Source of the DNA: Clostridia bacterium 41_269
GTDB lineage: Bacteria > Bacillota > DTU086
Assembly: GCA_001508005.1 (NCBI GenBank)
Contig: LGEZ01000006.1
Location: 14,179-78,178 of the forward strand
Direction of reading: 5' to 3'
DNA: 64,000 nt
The number at the start of each line of letters is the position of its first letter. The stretch's first letter is position 1. Under the pieces are notes generated by a model. The model had not been told where the DNA came from. It made no database searches and saw only the letters and a list, made by a program, of their open reading frames with translations. Shown here one piece after another: positions 29,921-39,097 of this stretch. Made by a program: the position numbers and the translations under genes.

Positions 29921-30458
29921 CCTTATTCACTCCAAGGCTGCATACAATCCTAAACTCATAAAAATCTGTTCCTTCTATCATCTTAACTTCTTTTAGTTCA
30001 GCATTTTTTACAAGATCTATTGACTGAAGGGAAGGCAAAACAGACCTTATTGACGAATAGGAAGGGCTTTCACCGATCAGTAAAATAACTTTTTCAGAAC
30101 TTTTTCCCTCAAGGCTGGTCAGCCAAACATCCTCAGGAATGCAGTATTTGAGCTGTTCTAAAAAATTTCCCCATAAAAAACTGGGTTCCACTGATTTTAG
30201 ATCATTTATTTGGTTCTGCAGATTTTTTCTTTCTTTGTCCATATTCTTAAATTCCTTAATAACTTTTTCAGCACTTTTTGAATAAAAAGCAGTACTTTCC
30301 AAATCTTTTTCAGCGTCCATAATAAGGATATGCAGAACAATGGTAAACAGGATGCAGACTGATAAGGCTACCGCCGCTAATTTAAAAAACATTGAAAAAT
30401 TCAAAGAAACGCGTTTATCTCCTTTAACCTCTTCCGGCAGTAAATTTATTTTCAACAC
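29895..30458 (-). CDS. pilN: PilN-like type IV pilus assembly protein
   Basis: MLKINLLPEE (the INLLP signature), one TM, coiled coil. Confidence 0.7.
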   Translation of the reverse strand: MLKINLLPEEVKGDKRVSLNFSMFFKLAAVALSVCILFTIVLHILIMDAEKDLESTAFYSKSAEKVIKEFKNMDKERKNLQNQINDLKSVEPSFLWGNFLEQLKYCIPEDVWLTSLEGKSSEKVILLIGESPSYSSIRSVLPSLQSIDLVKNAELKEVKMIEGTDFYEFRIVCSLGVNKDDGVNRKD

Positions 30459-30460
30459 AG

Positions 30461-31462
30461 TTATTCTACCTCACGTAAAGCAAGCCCCGCAGCTATCCCA
30501 AATTTTGGAGGGATTAAAAAATAATCTCCGTCAAATTCCTGCAGGCCAAGCCTTAATGTTTCCACTGGAAGATCAATTATGCCATTCAAAACCTTTTCGG
30601 CATCTGCATCTGCACCTATGCCGCTTATTAAAACCTGGTTAACTGAAAAAACGCTGCTGCGGGATTGTAAATATTTTAAGGATCTTTCAATTTCAAAAGC
30701 TACTTCCTTTAACTTATCCTCGTATTCTGCATCTACTGATAACTTAACTATGTTATCTTCTTTATTATTTACTTCAAATTCCATGGGAATGGTACGCATT
30801 AAATGAACTTCATTCTTAGAAACTACTACAAGATTGGTATAATGATCGCCTAAATCTACTAGAGCTGTAGGAAAAGTAAAATCATGTTTCTCACCAAGCA
30901 TTATGGGCAGTCTTGCAATGGCAACAGGTTCCACCTCTATGGCTGTCAGTTCAAGACCACAGCTGGTAAATAAATCATAATACTGCCAAGATAAGCTTTT
31001 TGAAACCGCTGCAACTAATACATTAACCTGAGCATTTTCTTCATCAATATTTGTTACCGCATAATCCATTTCTACATCATTTAAATCAAAAGGTATCCAG
31101 CTTTCTGCCTCCCAAACTACAGCGGAAGCCAATTCCTTTTCGGACATCAAAGGCAAAAAAAACTGCCTGATAAATACCATATTCCCATGAACCGCAGTAA
31201 CTACCTGCCTGTTTTGAATACCTGTAATTTCTGTAAGTTCAAGCAGTGCTCGGTAAATTTCATCAGGTTTTATAATTTCACCGTTTTCACCAAAGCATCC
31301 GGGGATAAGTTCTATTTCTCCAGTTTGAGATAAAAAAATTGACTCATTTTTAAATAGCTCGGCCATACATATAGAACTTCTGCTGATGCTTATACCAATC
31401 CCCTTTTTCTTCTTGGATAAACTAAATAATTTGGAAAAATTAAACAAATCCTTATCCTCCAC
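30461..31462 (-). CDS. pilM: PilM type IV pilus assembly protein (actin-like ATPase fold)
   Basis: 333 aa. GIGISISRSSICMAEL, ALVDLGDHYTNLVVV and ISGIGA match the PilM/FtsA-like pattern. Position upstream of pilN fits. Confidence 0.8.
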   Translation of the reverse strand: MEDKDLFNFSKLFSLSKKKKGIGISISRSSICMAELFKNESIFLSQTGEIELIPGCFGENGEIIKPDEIYRALLELTEITGIQNRQVVTAVHGNMVFIRQFFLPLMSEKELASAVVWEAESWIPFDLNDVEMDYAVTNIDEENAQVNVLVAAVSKSLSWQYYDLFTSCGLELTAIEVEPVAIARLPIMLGEKHDFTFPTALVDLGDHYTNLVVVSKNEVHLMRTIPMEFEVNNKEDNIVKLSVDAEYEDKLKEVAFEIERSLKYLQSRSSVFSVNQVLISGIGADADAEKVLNGIIDLPVETLRLGLQEFDGDYFLIPPKFGIAAGLALREVE

Positions 31463-31484
31463 AAGTTACACTAAATCTCAAACT

Positions 31485-32633
31485 TTAATAAACTGGATAA
31501 AGCTCCTTCCATTCTAAAACAGCAGCTTCTTCCGCCCTTATACAATCACTAAGTTTTTCTACAAAAGAAGAATTATACAAAAAATCCTTGGTAAAACTCT
31601 CAATCTCAGCAGCTGCAGCAGCTCCCTCAATAAAGCCGCTACCGAAAACCCTTAAAACACCCTGCGATATCACTACTCCACTAAAAACACTAGTTCCATC
31701 AAAAAAAATTTCAGAACTGCTTATTAAACTTAAAGAAGATGTTCTGTCCGCTGGTACAAGCTGCTGACCGTCGTTCAGATGAATGCTTCCCTTTGATACA
31801 ATTAATGCCTGACCCATATAATTCTTGACATCACTTTCAAAGGTAACATTTCCCTCAACATAATAAATCCCACTCATATTTACAAGTTCTTCTTTAGAAA
31901 ACTGTTTGTTACCATCAAAATACTGACCCATATTCTGGGATTCCTTCATATACCAATCAAAATCAATGACAGGCGGCACAAATTTCTCTATATTTGCTCC
32001 ATCTGCCATTTTTCCCAAAACTTCTGAGCTTTCAGACGTTGATATTCTTTCTGCTGCATAAATATTTCCGTCTACCAGCGAATCATCAGCAGATGAAAAG
32101 TTTTGGCTGGAATATATATTCCCTTTTACTGCAGCATTTCCTGCCAACATAACATTACCGTTAACAAATATATCTCCTTCAATATTTGTATTATCAGCAA
32201 GGTAAAAATCAGATTCCCAGACAGTAAGCCCTCTTAAAACCATTATTAAAGAATATCTTCTGGGTTTTGAAATTTTAACCACGAGAGTCTTTTTAGCCTG
32301 ACCGCATTTGCCAATAACTGTTACCTCATAGAAATCACCCATATCCTTTACATTAATGTTTTCAATTTCTCCATCTCCCACTTTATAATTTTTGAATCCA
32401 TCCCATACTTTTTGCGACCAGTCCTCAACATCTGGGTTATAATTTAACTCCACAATAAACTTTCTAATTCCGCCCTCAGCTGCATAAAGTGCCTTATAAA
32501 AAGAAACCTCATCGTTTATTATCATTGAATCACTGAAAGTTAAATATAGAACTGCCGCCCCCAAGGATATTAAAATCAGTGTAAGCATAATCACACTTAT
32601 TAAAGCCATTCCCTTTTGTCCATTAAATCTCAT
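31485..32633 (-). CDS. PilX-N-like pilus-associated protein with beta-helix-like G-N-I/V repeats
   Basis: 382 aa with an N-terminal hydrophobic segment (GMALISVIMLTLILISLGAAVLYL), then GDIFVNGNVMLAGNAAVKGNIYSS...VDGNIYAAE (bactofilin-like repeat look). Confidence 0.5.
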   Translation of the reverse strand: MRFNGQKGMALISVIMLTLILISLGAAVLYLTFSDSMIINDEVSFYKALYAAEGGIRKFIVELNYNPDVEDWSQKVWDGFKNYKVGDGEIENINVKDMGDFYEVTVIGKCGQAKKTLVVKISKPRRYSLIMVLRGLTVWESDFYLADNTNIEGDIFVNGNVMLAGNAAVKGNIYSSQNFSSADDSLVDGNIYAAERISTSESSEVLGKMADGANIEKFVPPVIDFDWYMKESQNMGQYFDGNKQFSKEELVNMSGIYYVEGNVTFESDVKNYMGQALIVSKGSIHLNDGQQLVPADRTSSLSLISSSEIFFDGTSVFSGVVISQGVLRVFGSGFIEGAAAAAEIESFTKDFLYNSSFVEKLSDCIRAEEAAVLEWKELYPVY

Positions 32634-33106
32634 TGGGTATCTCCTTGAATAGGAAATGTTCTCACGAATACTTTTGTTTTAAGCTCAAAGCCCGTTATAC
32701 CTTTTATTACTATTTCCACAACCCCTTTTTCATCTGTTTCATTAAAGGATAAAAAACGTATCCCATAAGCAGCCACATTGTGCCCAGTTCCATTTACATC
32801 TCTAAGCAGCTGATCACCCTTTAAATAATAACGAATCTCCTCTCCCCCTGGAAGAAACATTTTCACTTCGCTATTTTTGTTTATAATTTCGTAATCTTTG
32901 GCTGTTCTCAACTCTCGGCTTACTCTGCTTACTGCTGTCCGCACATTATGCTGAATGTCAACTTTTAGTCTGCTGTATTCCCAAGCATTGAAACTAAAAT
33001 TAACCACTTGATAAATTCCCGCTGAAAACACTGCCAAAACAGCAGTAGCAACCAAAAGTTCCACAAAGGTAAATCCATTTTTTTCTTCTTTACTCTGCAT
33101 TATCAT
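32630..33106 (-). CDS. Minor pilin (prepilin-type N-terminal cleavage/methylation domain)
   Basis: KNG|FTFVELLVATAVLAVF class III signal peptide. 158 aa. Confidence 0.7.
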   Translation of the reverse strand: MIMQSKEEKNGFTFVELLVATAVLAVFSAGIYQVVNFSFNAWEYSRLKVDIQHNVRTAVSRVSRELRTAKDYEIINKNSEVKMFLPGGEEIRYYLKGDQLLRDVNGTGHNVAAYGIRFLSFNETDEKGVVEIVIKGITGFELKTKVFVRTFPIQGDTQ

Positions 33107-33459
33107 CCTCCGGAAATTAAAGTTGAAAGGGACAGCTTTCTAGATTTTCCTAGGACCTTATATGAAACAGTTACCGTTACCAAATACATTTTCTTATCTG
33201 GCACCACAGAAACCACATATGTATAACTTGGCATTTCATTAATAATCCCTTTCTCCTCAACTGCTTCTCCCTCTGCTATAATTTCTTCCATTTTCTGCTG
33301 GGCAAAATTTAAAGCAGCAGTTTTTCCCCCTGAAACCGCTGCTCCTCTACTACCCTGAGCAAATACATAAGTTAAAGGAACAATCACTACTATTAGGATC
33401 AAAAAAGCAGACAGCACTTCAATAAGAGTAAAACCATTACTGTTCTTTGGGAAAATCAT
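33103..33459 (-). CDS. Minor pilin (prepilin-type N-terminal cleavage/methylation domain)
   Basis: SNG|FTLIEVLSAFLILIVV. 118 aa. Confidence 0.7.
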   Translation of the reverse strand: MIFPKNSNGFTLIEVLSAFLILIVVIVPLTYVFAQGSRGAAVSGGKTAALNFAQQKMEEIIAEGEAVEEKGIINEMPSYTYVVSVVPDKKMYLVTVTVSYKVLGKSRKLSLSTLISGG

Positions 33460-33941
33460 TAATTTGCATCCACCTTTACTCTGCCGGTAACGGGCTGAAC
33501 TTTTACATACATTCTCTTTTTATAAATATCTTCCAAAGTTATGGTTCCCCCTTTTATTACTGTTCCCCGTGCATTAAAATGTACCGTATGATTATCAAAA
33601 TTGGTTCCCACAAGAATTACCCTTTTGGGCAGCTTCTTAATTTCATATTTCATGGGATCTTCCCTATTAAAATAGATGCGGTATGAATTGGAATGGGGCA
33701 TAAATTTAATCTTAAAAAAAGCGTATTCCTGGGCAAGTGCCATCTGCTGACCATTTCTAATGTCTGTGGCAATGGTATGAGCTGCATTTTTAAGCTCGTT
33801 TTTTGAAACAGCCTTAAGTGAAAAAGGGACTAAACAGGAAATAAGAAATACCATAAATACAATGGAAATAGCCAATTCCAACAGGGTAAAACCTTTTTCT
33901 TCTTGAATAAATAAAACTTTAAATGTCATTTCAGCACCCAA
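33459..33941 (-). CDS. Minor pilin, GspH/FimT-like
   Basis: EKG|FTLLELAISIVFMVF. 160 aa. Confidence 0.7.
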   Translation of the reverse strand: MGAEMTFKVLFIQEEKGFTLLELAISIVFMVFLISCLVPFSLKAVSKNELKNAAHTIATDIRNGQQMALAQEYAFFKIKFMPHSNSYRIYFNREDPMKYEIKKLPKRVILVGTNFDNHTVHFNARGTVIKGGTITLEDIYKKRMYVKVQPVTGRVKVDAN

Positions 33942-33982
33942 TAATGTATAAAAAATTTGCAGTGTAAAAATATATCAATTCC

Positions 33983-34729
33983 TTACCCAAAAGTATGGAG
34001 GAAATGCCCCCCCACCGCTAAAAATGGACCAAAGGGTATGCAGTCTTTTCTCCCTTTAAGCCCAAAAAAAACAAGCATTACCCCAACCAATCCGCCAACG
34101 CAAAAGGAAATAAACAGAGCTACAAGGACAAGCTTCCAGCCAAGAATAAGCCCCATAACAGCAGCCAGCTTGATATCGCCTCCACCCATACCTCCCCTGC
34201 TCAAAATACCAATTAACAAAAGAGGCATGCCGCCAGCTATTGAGCCCAAAAGCATATCTTCAACACCCGCTGTACCAACAAACAATTTAAGTATAACTCC
34301 TCCCCAAAAACCAAAAAAAACCAATGAGTTAGGAATTATCATGTTTTCCAAATCTGTAAAAACAGCAGCAGTGAGCACACTGGATATAAATAAATAAGGC
34401 AACAGTTCTCTACCTAAGCCGACTTTTAAATATATGGCAGAAAAAACTAAACCAACAAAGATCTCTGATAAGGGGTAGCGAAAACCTATTTTTTCAGCAC
34501 ACTGCCGACATTTTCCCTTCAATAAAATATAACTAAAGACAGGAATTAAATCCAACGGTTTTATAATTTCTTTGCAGCAGGGACAGCGGGATCTGTCCCA
34601 AATAACAGGTTTATTTCTAATAATTCTATATGAATAAGTGTTGATGAAACTTCCCACAATAAGTCCCACTGTAAAAATTAAAAATAATAAAATTTTCAAT
34701 GCACCTCTAAACCTTTTATTATTCTTCAT
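33983..34729 (-). CDS. pilD: Prepilin peptidase (A24 family)
   Basis: 248 aa: CPCCKEII...CRQCAEKI zinc motif, polytopic membrane protein, GGGDIKLAAVMG catalytic Asp motif. Confidence 0.9.
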   Translation of the reverse strand: MKNNKRFRGALKILLFLIFTVGLIVGSFINTYSYRIIRNKPVIWDRSRCPCCKEIIKPLDLIPVFSYILLKGKCRQCAEKIGFRYPLSEIFVGLVFSAIYLKVGLGRELLPYLFISSVLTAAVFTDLENMIIPNSLVFFGFWGGVILKLFVGTAGVEDMLLGSIAGGMPLLLIGILSRGGMGGGDIKLAAVMGLILGWKLVLVALFISFCVGGLVGVMLVFFGLKGRKDCIPFGPFLAVGGHFLHTFG

Positions 34730-35144
34730 CCTGCTGGTTTAAAAATTTCTTACCATTTTCGTCAATGGTTAATGTAAATTGGTGTCCCGAAGTTGTATTG
34801 AATATAGTGAGCACATTGTTACTGTTTACATTAATTTCATAATTTCCGCCCCAAGGATCTCTAGCACTGGAATCTATTCCGTAATCCTCTAGTTTTTCCA
34901 AATCACTGGGCCAATCATTATTTTGGTCATCAATTCTATACATCTGTGCAGCGGTCGCTATTGAATTTAAGTCAGCCTTAACCCGGGCTTCTTTAGCTTC
35001 ATTAATTCTTCCAAGAAAATTAGGAATCAAAAATCCAGTAAGTATACCAATAACCATTAACACTACCAACAGCTCAATTAATGTAAATCCCTTTTTATCC
35101 TCAAATAATGTTTTAATTGAGGTTTTAAGAAACCGTGAAAACAT
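34719..35144 (-). CDS. pilA: Major (pseudo)pilin, GspG/PulG-like
   Basis: 141 aa: KKG|FTLIELLVVLMVIGILTG after a 19-aa leader, plus DPWGGNY (GspG-type motif). Confidence 0.8.
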   Translation of the reverse strand: MFSRFLKTSIKTLFEDKKGFTLIELLVVLMVIGILTGFLIPNFLGRINEAKEARVKADLNSIATAAQMYRIDDQNNDWPSDLEKLEDYGIDSSARDPWGGNYEINVNSNNVLTIFNTTSGHQFTLTIDENGKKFLNQQDEE

Positions 35145-35180
35145 AAAATCTCCCCCAAGAAACCCTTCTAAAAAAACTTC

Positions 35181-36401
35181 TTAAAAATCATCAATAGTAC
35201 CTATAACCTTAAAAATAGGTAGCAGGATGGAAATAAGCAGCAAGCCTACTAATAGGCCCATAATTATTATCAAAACAGGTTCTATAAGTGTGGAAAGTCT
35301 TCTGGCAGTTTCCTCTACTTCTGCATCAAAAAAGCTCCCCACTTTTTCAAGCATTAAATCAATTGTTCCCGTTTCTTCGCCTACCGAAACCATTTCCACA
35401 ACCATGGTAGGGAAAACCCCACTGGCTTTTAGAGGCTCAGCCATGTTTTCTCCTTCCTTTATATTCTGGCGAACCTGATAAATGTTTTTTTCAAAGACAC
35501 TATTCCCAAGGGTTTTTTCCACCACTTCAAGAGCTTCTAGAATGGGCAAACCTCCCCTTAACAGAACAGCTAAGGTTCTGCAGAAACGGGAAATTATTAT
35601 TTTGCTGATAAATACTCCTATCAACGGAAATTTTAGAATCCAGCCGTCCCAAAGATTTCTCCCTTTTTCTTTACTCAACATATACTTAGCCAAGTAAAAA
35701 ATACACACAGCGCCTAAAAAAATCAGCAGCCAAAAATGCCTTAAAAAATCAGAAACTCCCAAGATAATCCTCGTCATCAAAGGCAGTTCTAGCTGCATTT
35801 GATTCAAAATACGTTCAAAAACAGGCAGAATAAAAACAACCACAAATGCTACAGCAAGAACAGCAACACAAAGAACTACCATGGGATATGTCAATGAAGA
35901 TTTAGCTTTTTCCCGTATGCTGTGCTCCCATTCAAAATAATCACCCATTCGCTCCAGTATACTGTCCAGAACACCTGCTGCTTCTCCTGCCGCAGCCATT
36001 TTTATCAGCACAAAGGGGAAAATTGAAGAGTGTTTATCTAAAGCTTCAGAAAAGCTTTCCCCCACCTCCAAACTTTGGCATAATTTAGCAGCTACTTCCT
36101 TTAATTTCTTTTTATTTGTCTGGTCTTCAAAAACTTTTAGAGCCGAAATAAGGGGAATACCTGATTGAATCATTAAGGAAAGCTGGCTGCAGAATATGCT
36201 TAAATCCCGCCTGCTTATTTTCTGCCCTAAAAATCCCGGCAGAATTAATTCTTTTTTTTGCTGTTTATTTTCTTCTAAATGAATAATGATTAAATTTTTA
36301 TTCCTTAACTTAAAAGCAGCTTGCTTTATGCTATCAGCATTAATACTTCCCGTAAAAAGCTGACCAGAATAATTTCTAGCTTTATAAAAAAATTCAGGCA
36401 T
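35181..36401 (-). CDS. pilC: Type IV pilus platform protein PilC (GspF family)
   Basis: 406 aa with two GspF repeats (SGIPLISALKV..., GGLPILEALEVV...) and 3 TM segments. Confidence 0.9.
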   Translation of the reverse strand: MPEFFYKARNYSGQLFTGSINADSIKQAAFKLRNKNLIIIHLEENKQQKKELILPGFLGQKISRRDLSIFCSQLSLMIQSGIPLISALKVFEDQTNKKKLKEVAAKLCQSLEVGESFSEALDKHSSIFPFVLIKMAAAGEAAGVLDSILERMGDYFEWEHSIREKAKSSLTYPMVVLCVAVLAVAFVVVFILPVFERILNQMQLELPLMTRIILGVSDFLRHFWLLIFLGAVCIFYLAKYMLSKEKGRNLWDGWILKFPLIGVFISKIIISRFCRTLAVLLRGGLPILEALEVVEKTLGNSVFEKNIYQVRQNIKEGENMAEPLKASGVFPTMVVEMVSVGEETGTIDLMLEKVGSFFDAEVEETARRLSTLIEPVLIIIMGLLVGLLLISILLPIFKVIGTIDDF

Positions 36402-36412
36402 AAATTCCTCTC

Positions 36413-37465
36413 CTAAATTTTATCTTCTCCGGAGGCGATCATTAAGCCAGCCTTGTTTACTTCATCTAGGGATATTTTATCTTCCTTTAAAAGACGCATT
36501 AAATCATTTTCCATAGTATGCATACCCAATTTCCGGCTTGACTGCATTACAGTATACAGAAGGTGAGTCTTTCCATCACGGATTAAATTTTTTACTGCAT
36601 TATTTGATATTAAAACTTCTGTTGCAGCAATCCTTCCTCTACCATCTTTAGTTGGCAAAAGTATCTGTGTAAGAACAGCACGTAAAGCATCGGCAAGCTG
36701 TATCCTTATCTGCTGCTGTTGATATGGAGGAAAAACATCGACTATCCTTTCAATGGACTGAGGAGCTCCCCTGGTATGAAGAGTGGCAAATACCAAATGT
36801 CCTGTCTCTGCTGCAGTTATAGCAGTGCTGATTGTTTCAAGATCCCGCATTTCTCCCACTAAAATTACATCTGGATCCTGCCGCAATGTAGCACGGAGCC
36901 CTTCTGAAAAGTTCTGGGTATCAGTACCGATTTCCCTTTGATTAACAATGCTTTTTTTATTTTCATGAAGATATTCAATGGGATCTTCGAGAGTTATTAT
37001 ATGACGGCTCAAAGTACTGTTGATCAAATCAATAAGGGCTGCAAGGGTTGTAGTTTTTCCACTGCCTGCAGGACCGGTTACCAAGACCAAACCGCAGTTA
37101 AATTTAGAAAAACCAGCTACTACAGGAGGCAGCCCCAGCTCATCTAAAGTTCTTATTTTACTGCTTATTATGCGTATTGCTATACCAATACAGTTTCTGT
37201 GTTTAAAAACGTTAACTCTAAACCTACCTACACTTTCTATGGAATATGCCAAATCCACATGCCCTTTTGTCAGAAAAATTTGCCATTGTTCACAGTCTGC
37301 TATGCTTTGTGCAAATTTAAAGACAGTTTCCCTGCATACAATTCCCCAATCATCTTGAATGCACAGTTTGCCGTTAATCCTAAAAACAGGTGGAGTTCCT
37401 TCAGAAATATGTACATCAGAAGCTCCCAATTCCTGAGCTTCCACAAGGATATCTCGAATATTCAC
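36413..37465 (-). CDS. pilT: Type IV pilus retraction ATPase PilT
   Basis: 350 aa: GASDVHI, Walker A GPAGSGKTTT, LRQDPDVILVGEMRD, TGHLVFATLHT. Confidence 0.9.
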   Translation of the reverse strand: MNIRDILVEAQELGASDVHISEGTPPVFRINGKLCIQDDWGIVCRETVFKFAQSIADCEQWQIFLTKGHVDLAYSIESVGRFRVNVFKHRNCIGIAIRIISSKIRTLDELGLPPVVAGFSKFNCGLVLVTGPAGSGKTTTLAALIDLINSTLSRHIITLEDPIEYLHENKKSIVNQREIGTDTQNFSEGLRATLRQDPDVILVGEMRDLETISTAITAAETGHLVFATLHTRGAPQSIERIVDVFPPYQQQQIRIQLADALRAVLTQILLPTKDGRGRIAATEVLISNNAVKNLIRDGKTHLLYTVMQSSRKLGMHTMENDLMRLLKEDKISLDEVNKAGLMIASGEDKI

Positions 37466-37493
37466 CTACAATCCACCTCAAAATCATAAAATC

Positions 37494-38976
37494 CTAAACT
37501 ATTCTCATTATCTCTTCTGTCGTTGTTTGACCTGCTAAAACTTTTGCAACCCCATCCTGCTTCATAGTAATAAAGCCTTCGCTATTTACTGCATATTCTC
37601 TTATTGCTTCAGAATGCTTTTTTCTTACAACCATCCTTTTAATACTGGAAGTTACATTTAGTATTTCTGCAACAGCCACTCTCCCTTTATATCCCGTAAA
37701 ACCACAATACTTACAGCCCTTACCTTTATATAACCTCAATTTTTTCTCCGCACCCCAGCCAAGGAAAACTTTCTCGGCATCGTCTGTAACTTCATATGCT
37801 TCTCTGCAGTTACTACATATTCTTCTAGTAACTTCTAGTAAGACGCTGCGCTACAACACCAATTACCGTAGTAGCTACTAAATAGGGTTCCACCCCCATA
37901 TCAAGAAGACGGGTTAGCGCTCCAGGTGCATCATTGGTGTGAAGTGTACTGAAAACAAGATGACCTGTATTTGCCGCTCTTACTGCTATTTTAGCTGTTT
38001 CCGTATCCCTAATCTCACCAATCATTATGACATCAGGGTCCTGACGCAATATTGCCCTCAAACCCACTGAAAAATTTAAGCCGGCTTTCTGATTAATTGA
38101 GATTTGATTTATCCCAGTGAGAACATATTCCACCGGATCTTCAATGGTTACAATATTTTTGCTTGGTGAATTAATTTCGTTAAGAGCTGCATATAGGGTA
38201 GTGGTTTTGCCGCTGCCAGTGGGACCAGTAACCAGTATCATGCCATATGGATGTCTGATAAGATGCTCAAAGGATGCTAGAGTATTTTCTGAAAAACCCA
38301 GTTCCCCTAATTTTAAAAGCCTAGTACTTCTGTCAAGAAGGCGCATAACTATTTTTTCTCCATACATCGTTGGCAAACTGGATACTCTAATATCTATTTC
38401 TCTATTTTGTATTATCTGCTGAATTCTTCCATCCTGAGGTAATCTTTTTTCAGCAATATCCATACCGGCCATAATTTTAATCCTTGAAGCAACAGAGCTA
38501 TGAGAAGTTATGGGAAAGGTCATTTTTTCTCTTAAAAGCCCATCTATACGAAACCTTACACGAACATCCCTCTTCCCGGGCTCTAAATGTATATCACTGG
38601 CATTTTCTCTTACAGCTTCACTTAAAATAGAGTTCACCAAGCTTATTATGGATATCTGCTCAGCAGAAACCGCATCATTTTCATTTGAAATCTCCAGTTT
38701 GATTTCAGTATTATCCTCTAAATTTTTTTTGAAGTCCTCATTTACCGTGATATAATAGCTTTCTATAGCATCTTCAATTTCATTTTCTGAAACATAAACA
38801 GGTTTAACCTTTTTCCCTGTACGCAGCCGTATCTCATCAATAACCATGACATCCAGAGGGTCTGCCATTGCAATAACCAACGAATCTCCTTCTTCAGCAA
38901 TTGGTACAGCCTTATATTTTAAGGCCAGTTCCTTTGGGATCAATTTTAGGATTTTATTAAATTTGCTGATTTTCAA
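37494..38976 (-). pseudogene. pilB: Type IV pilus assembly ATPase PilB (GspE family), disrupted by a 10-bp tandem duplication
   Basis: The 383-aa N-terminal ORF (Walker A GPTGSGKTTT) stops at ...AQRLTRSY*. The 81-aa ORF carries the C-terminal part (GKGCKYCGFTGYKGR). Removing one copy of TTACTAGAAG gives ...AQRLTRRICSNCREAYEVTDDAEKVFLGWGAEKKLRLYKGKGCKYC... Confidence 0.9.
37822..37841. repeat. Perfect 10-bp tandem duplication (cttctagtaa x2) inside pilB
   Basis: Read directly: t|cttctagtaa|cttctagtaa|g. Exactly two copies, with mismatches on both flanks. Confidence 0.95.
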
Positions 38977-38995
38977 AAGAATCTACTCCATACAT

Positions 38996-39015
38996 GTTTT
39001 ATTAAGTTTTATTAA
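38996..39015. repeat. Perfect 10-bp tandem duplication (gttttattaa x2) upstream of pilB
   Basis: Read directly across the 39000 line break. It lies 20-39 nt upstream of the pilB TTG start, in the aroB-pilB intergenic region. Confidence 0.9.
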
Positions 39016-39062
39016 AACATTCTCTTAACATTTGCTTATTTCCTGTTCTCTCCAAAATATTG

Positions 39063-39097
39063 AGAAAAAAAACTTATACGAAATTTTCTCGTATAAG
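39063..39097 (-). terminator. Intrinsic terminator overlapping the aroB stop codon
   Basis: CTTATACGA-GAAAATT-TCGTATAAG followed by T8 on the minus strand. It separates the aro genes from the pil operon. Confidence 0.65.
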
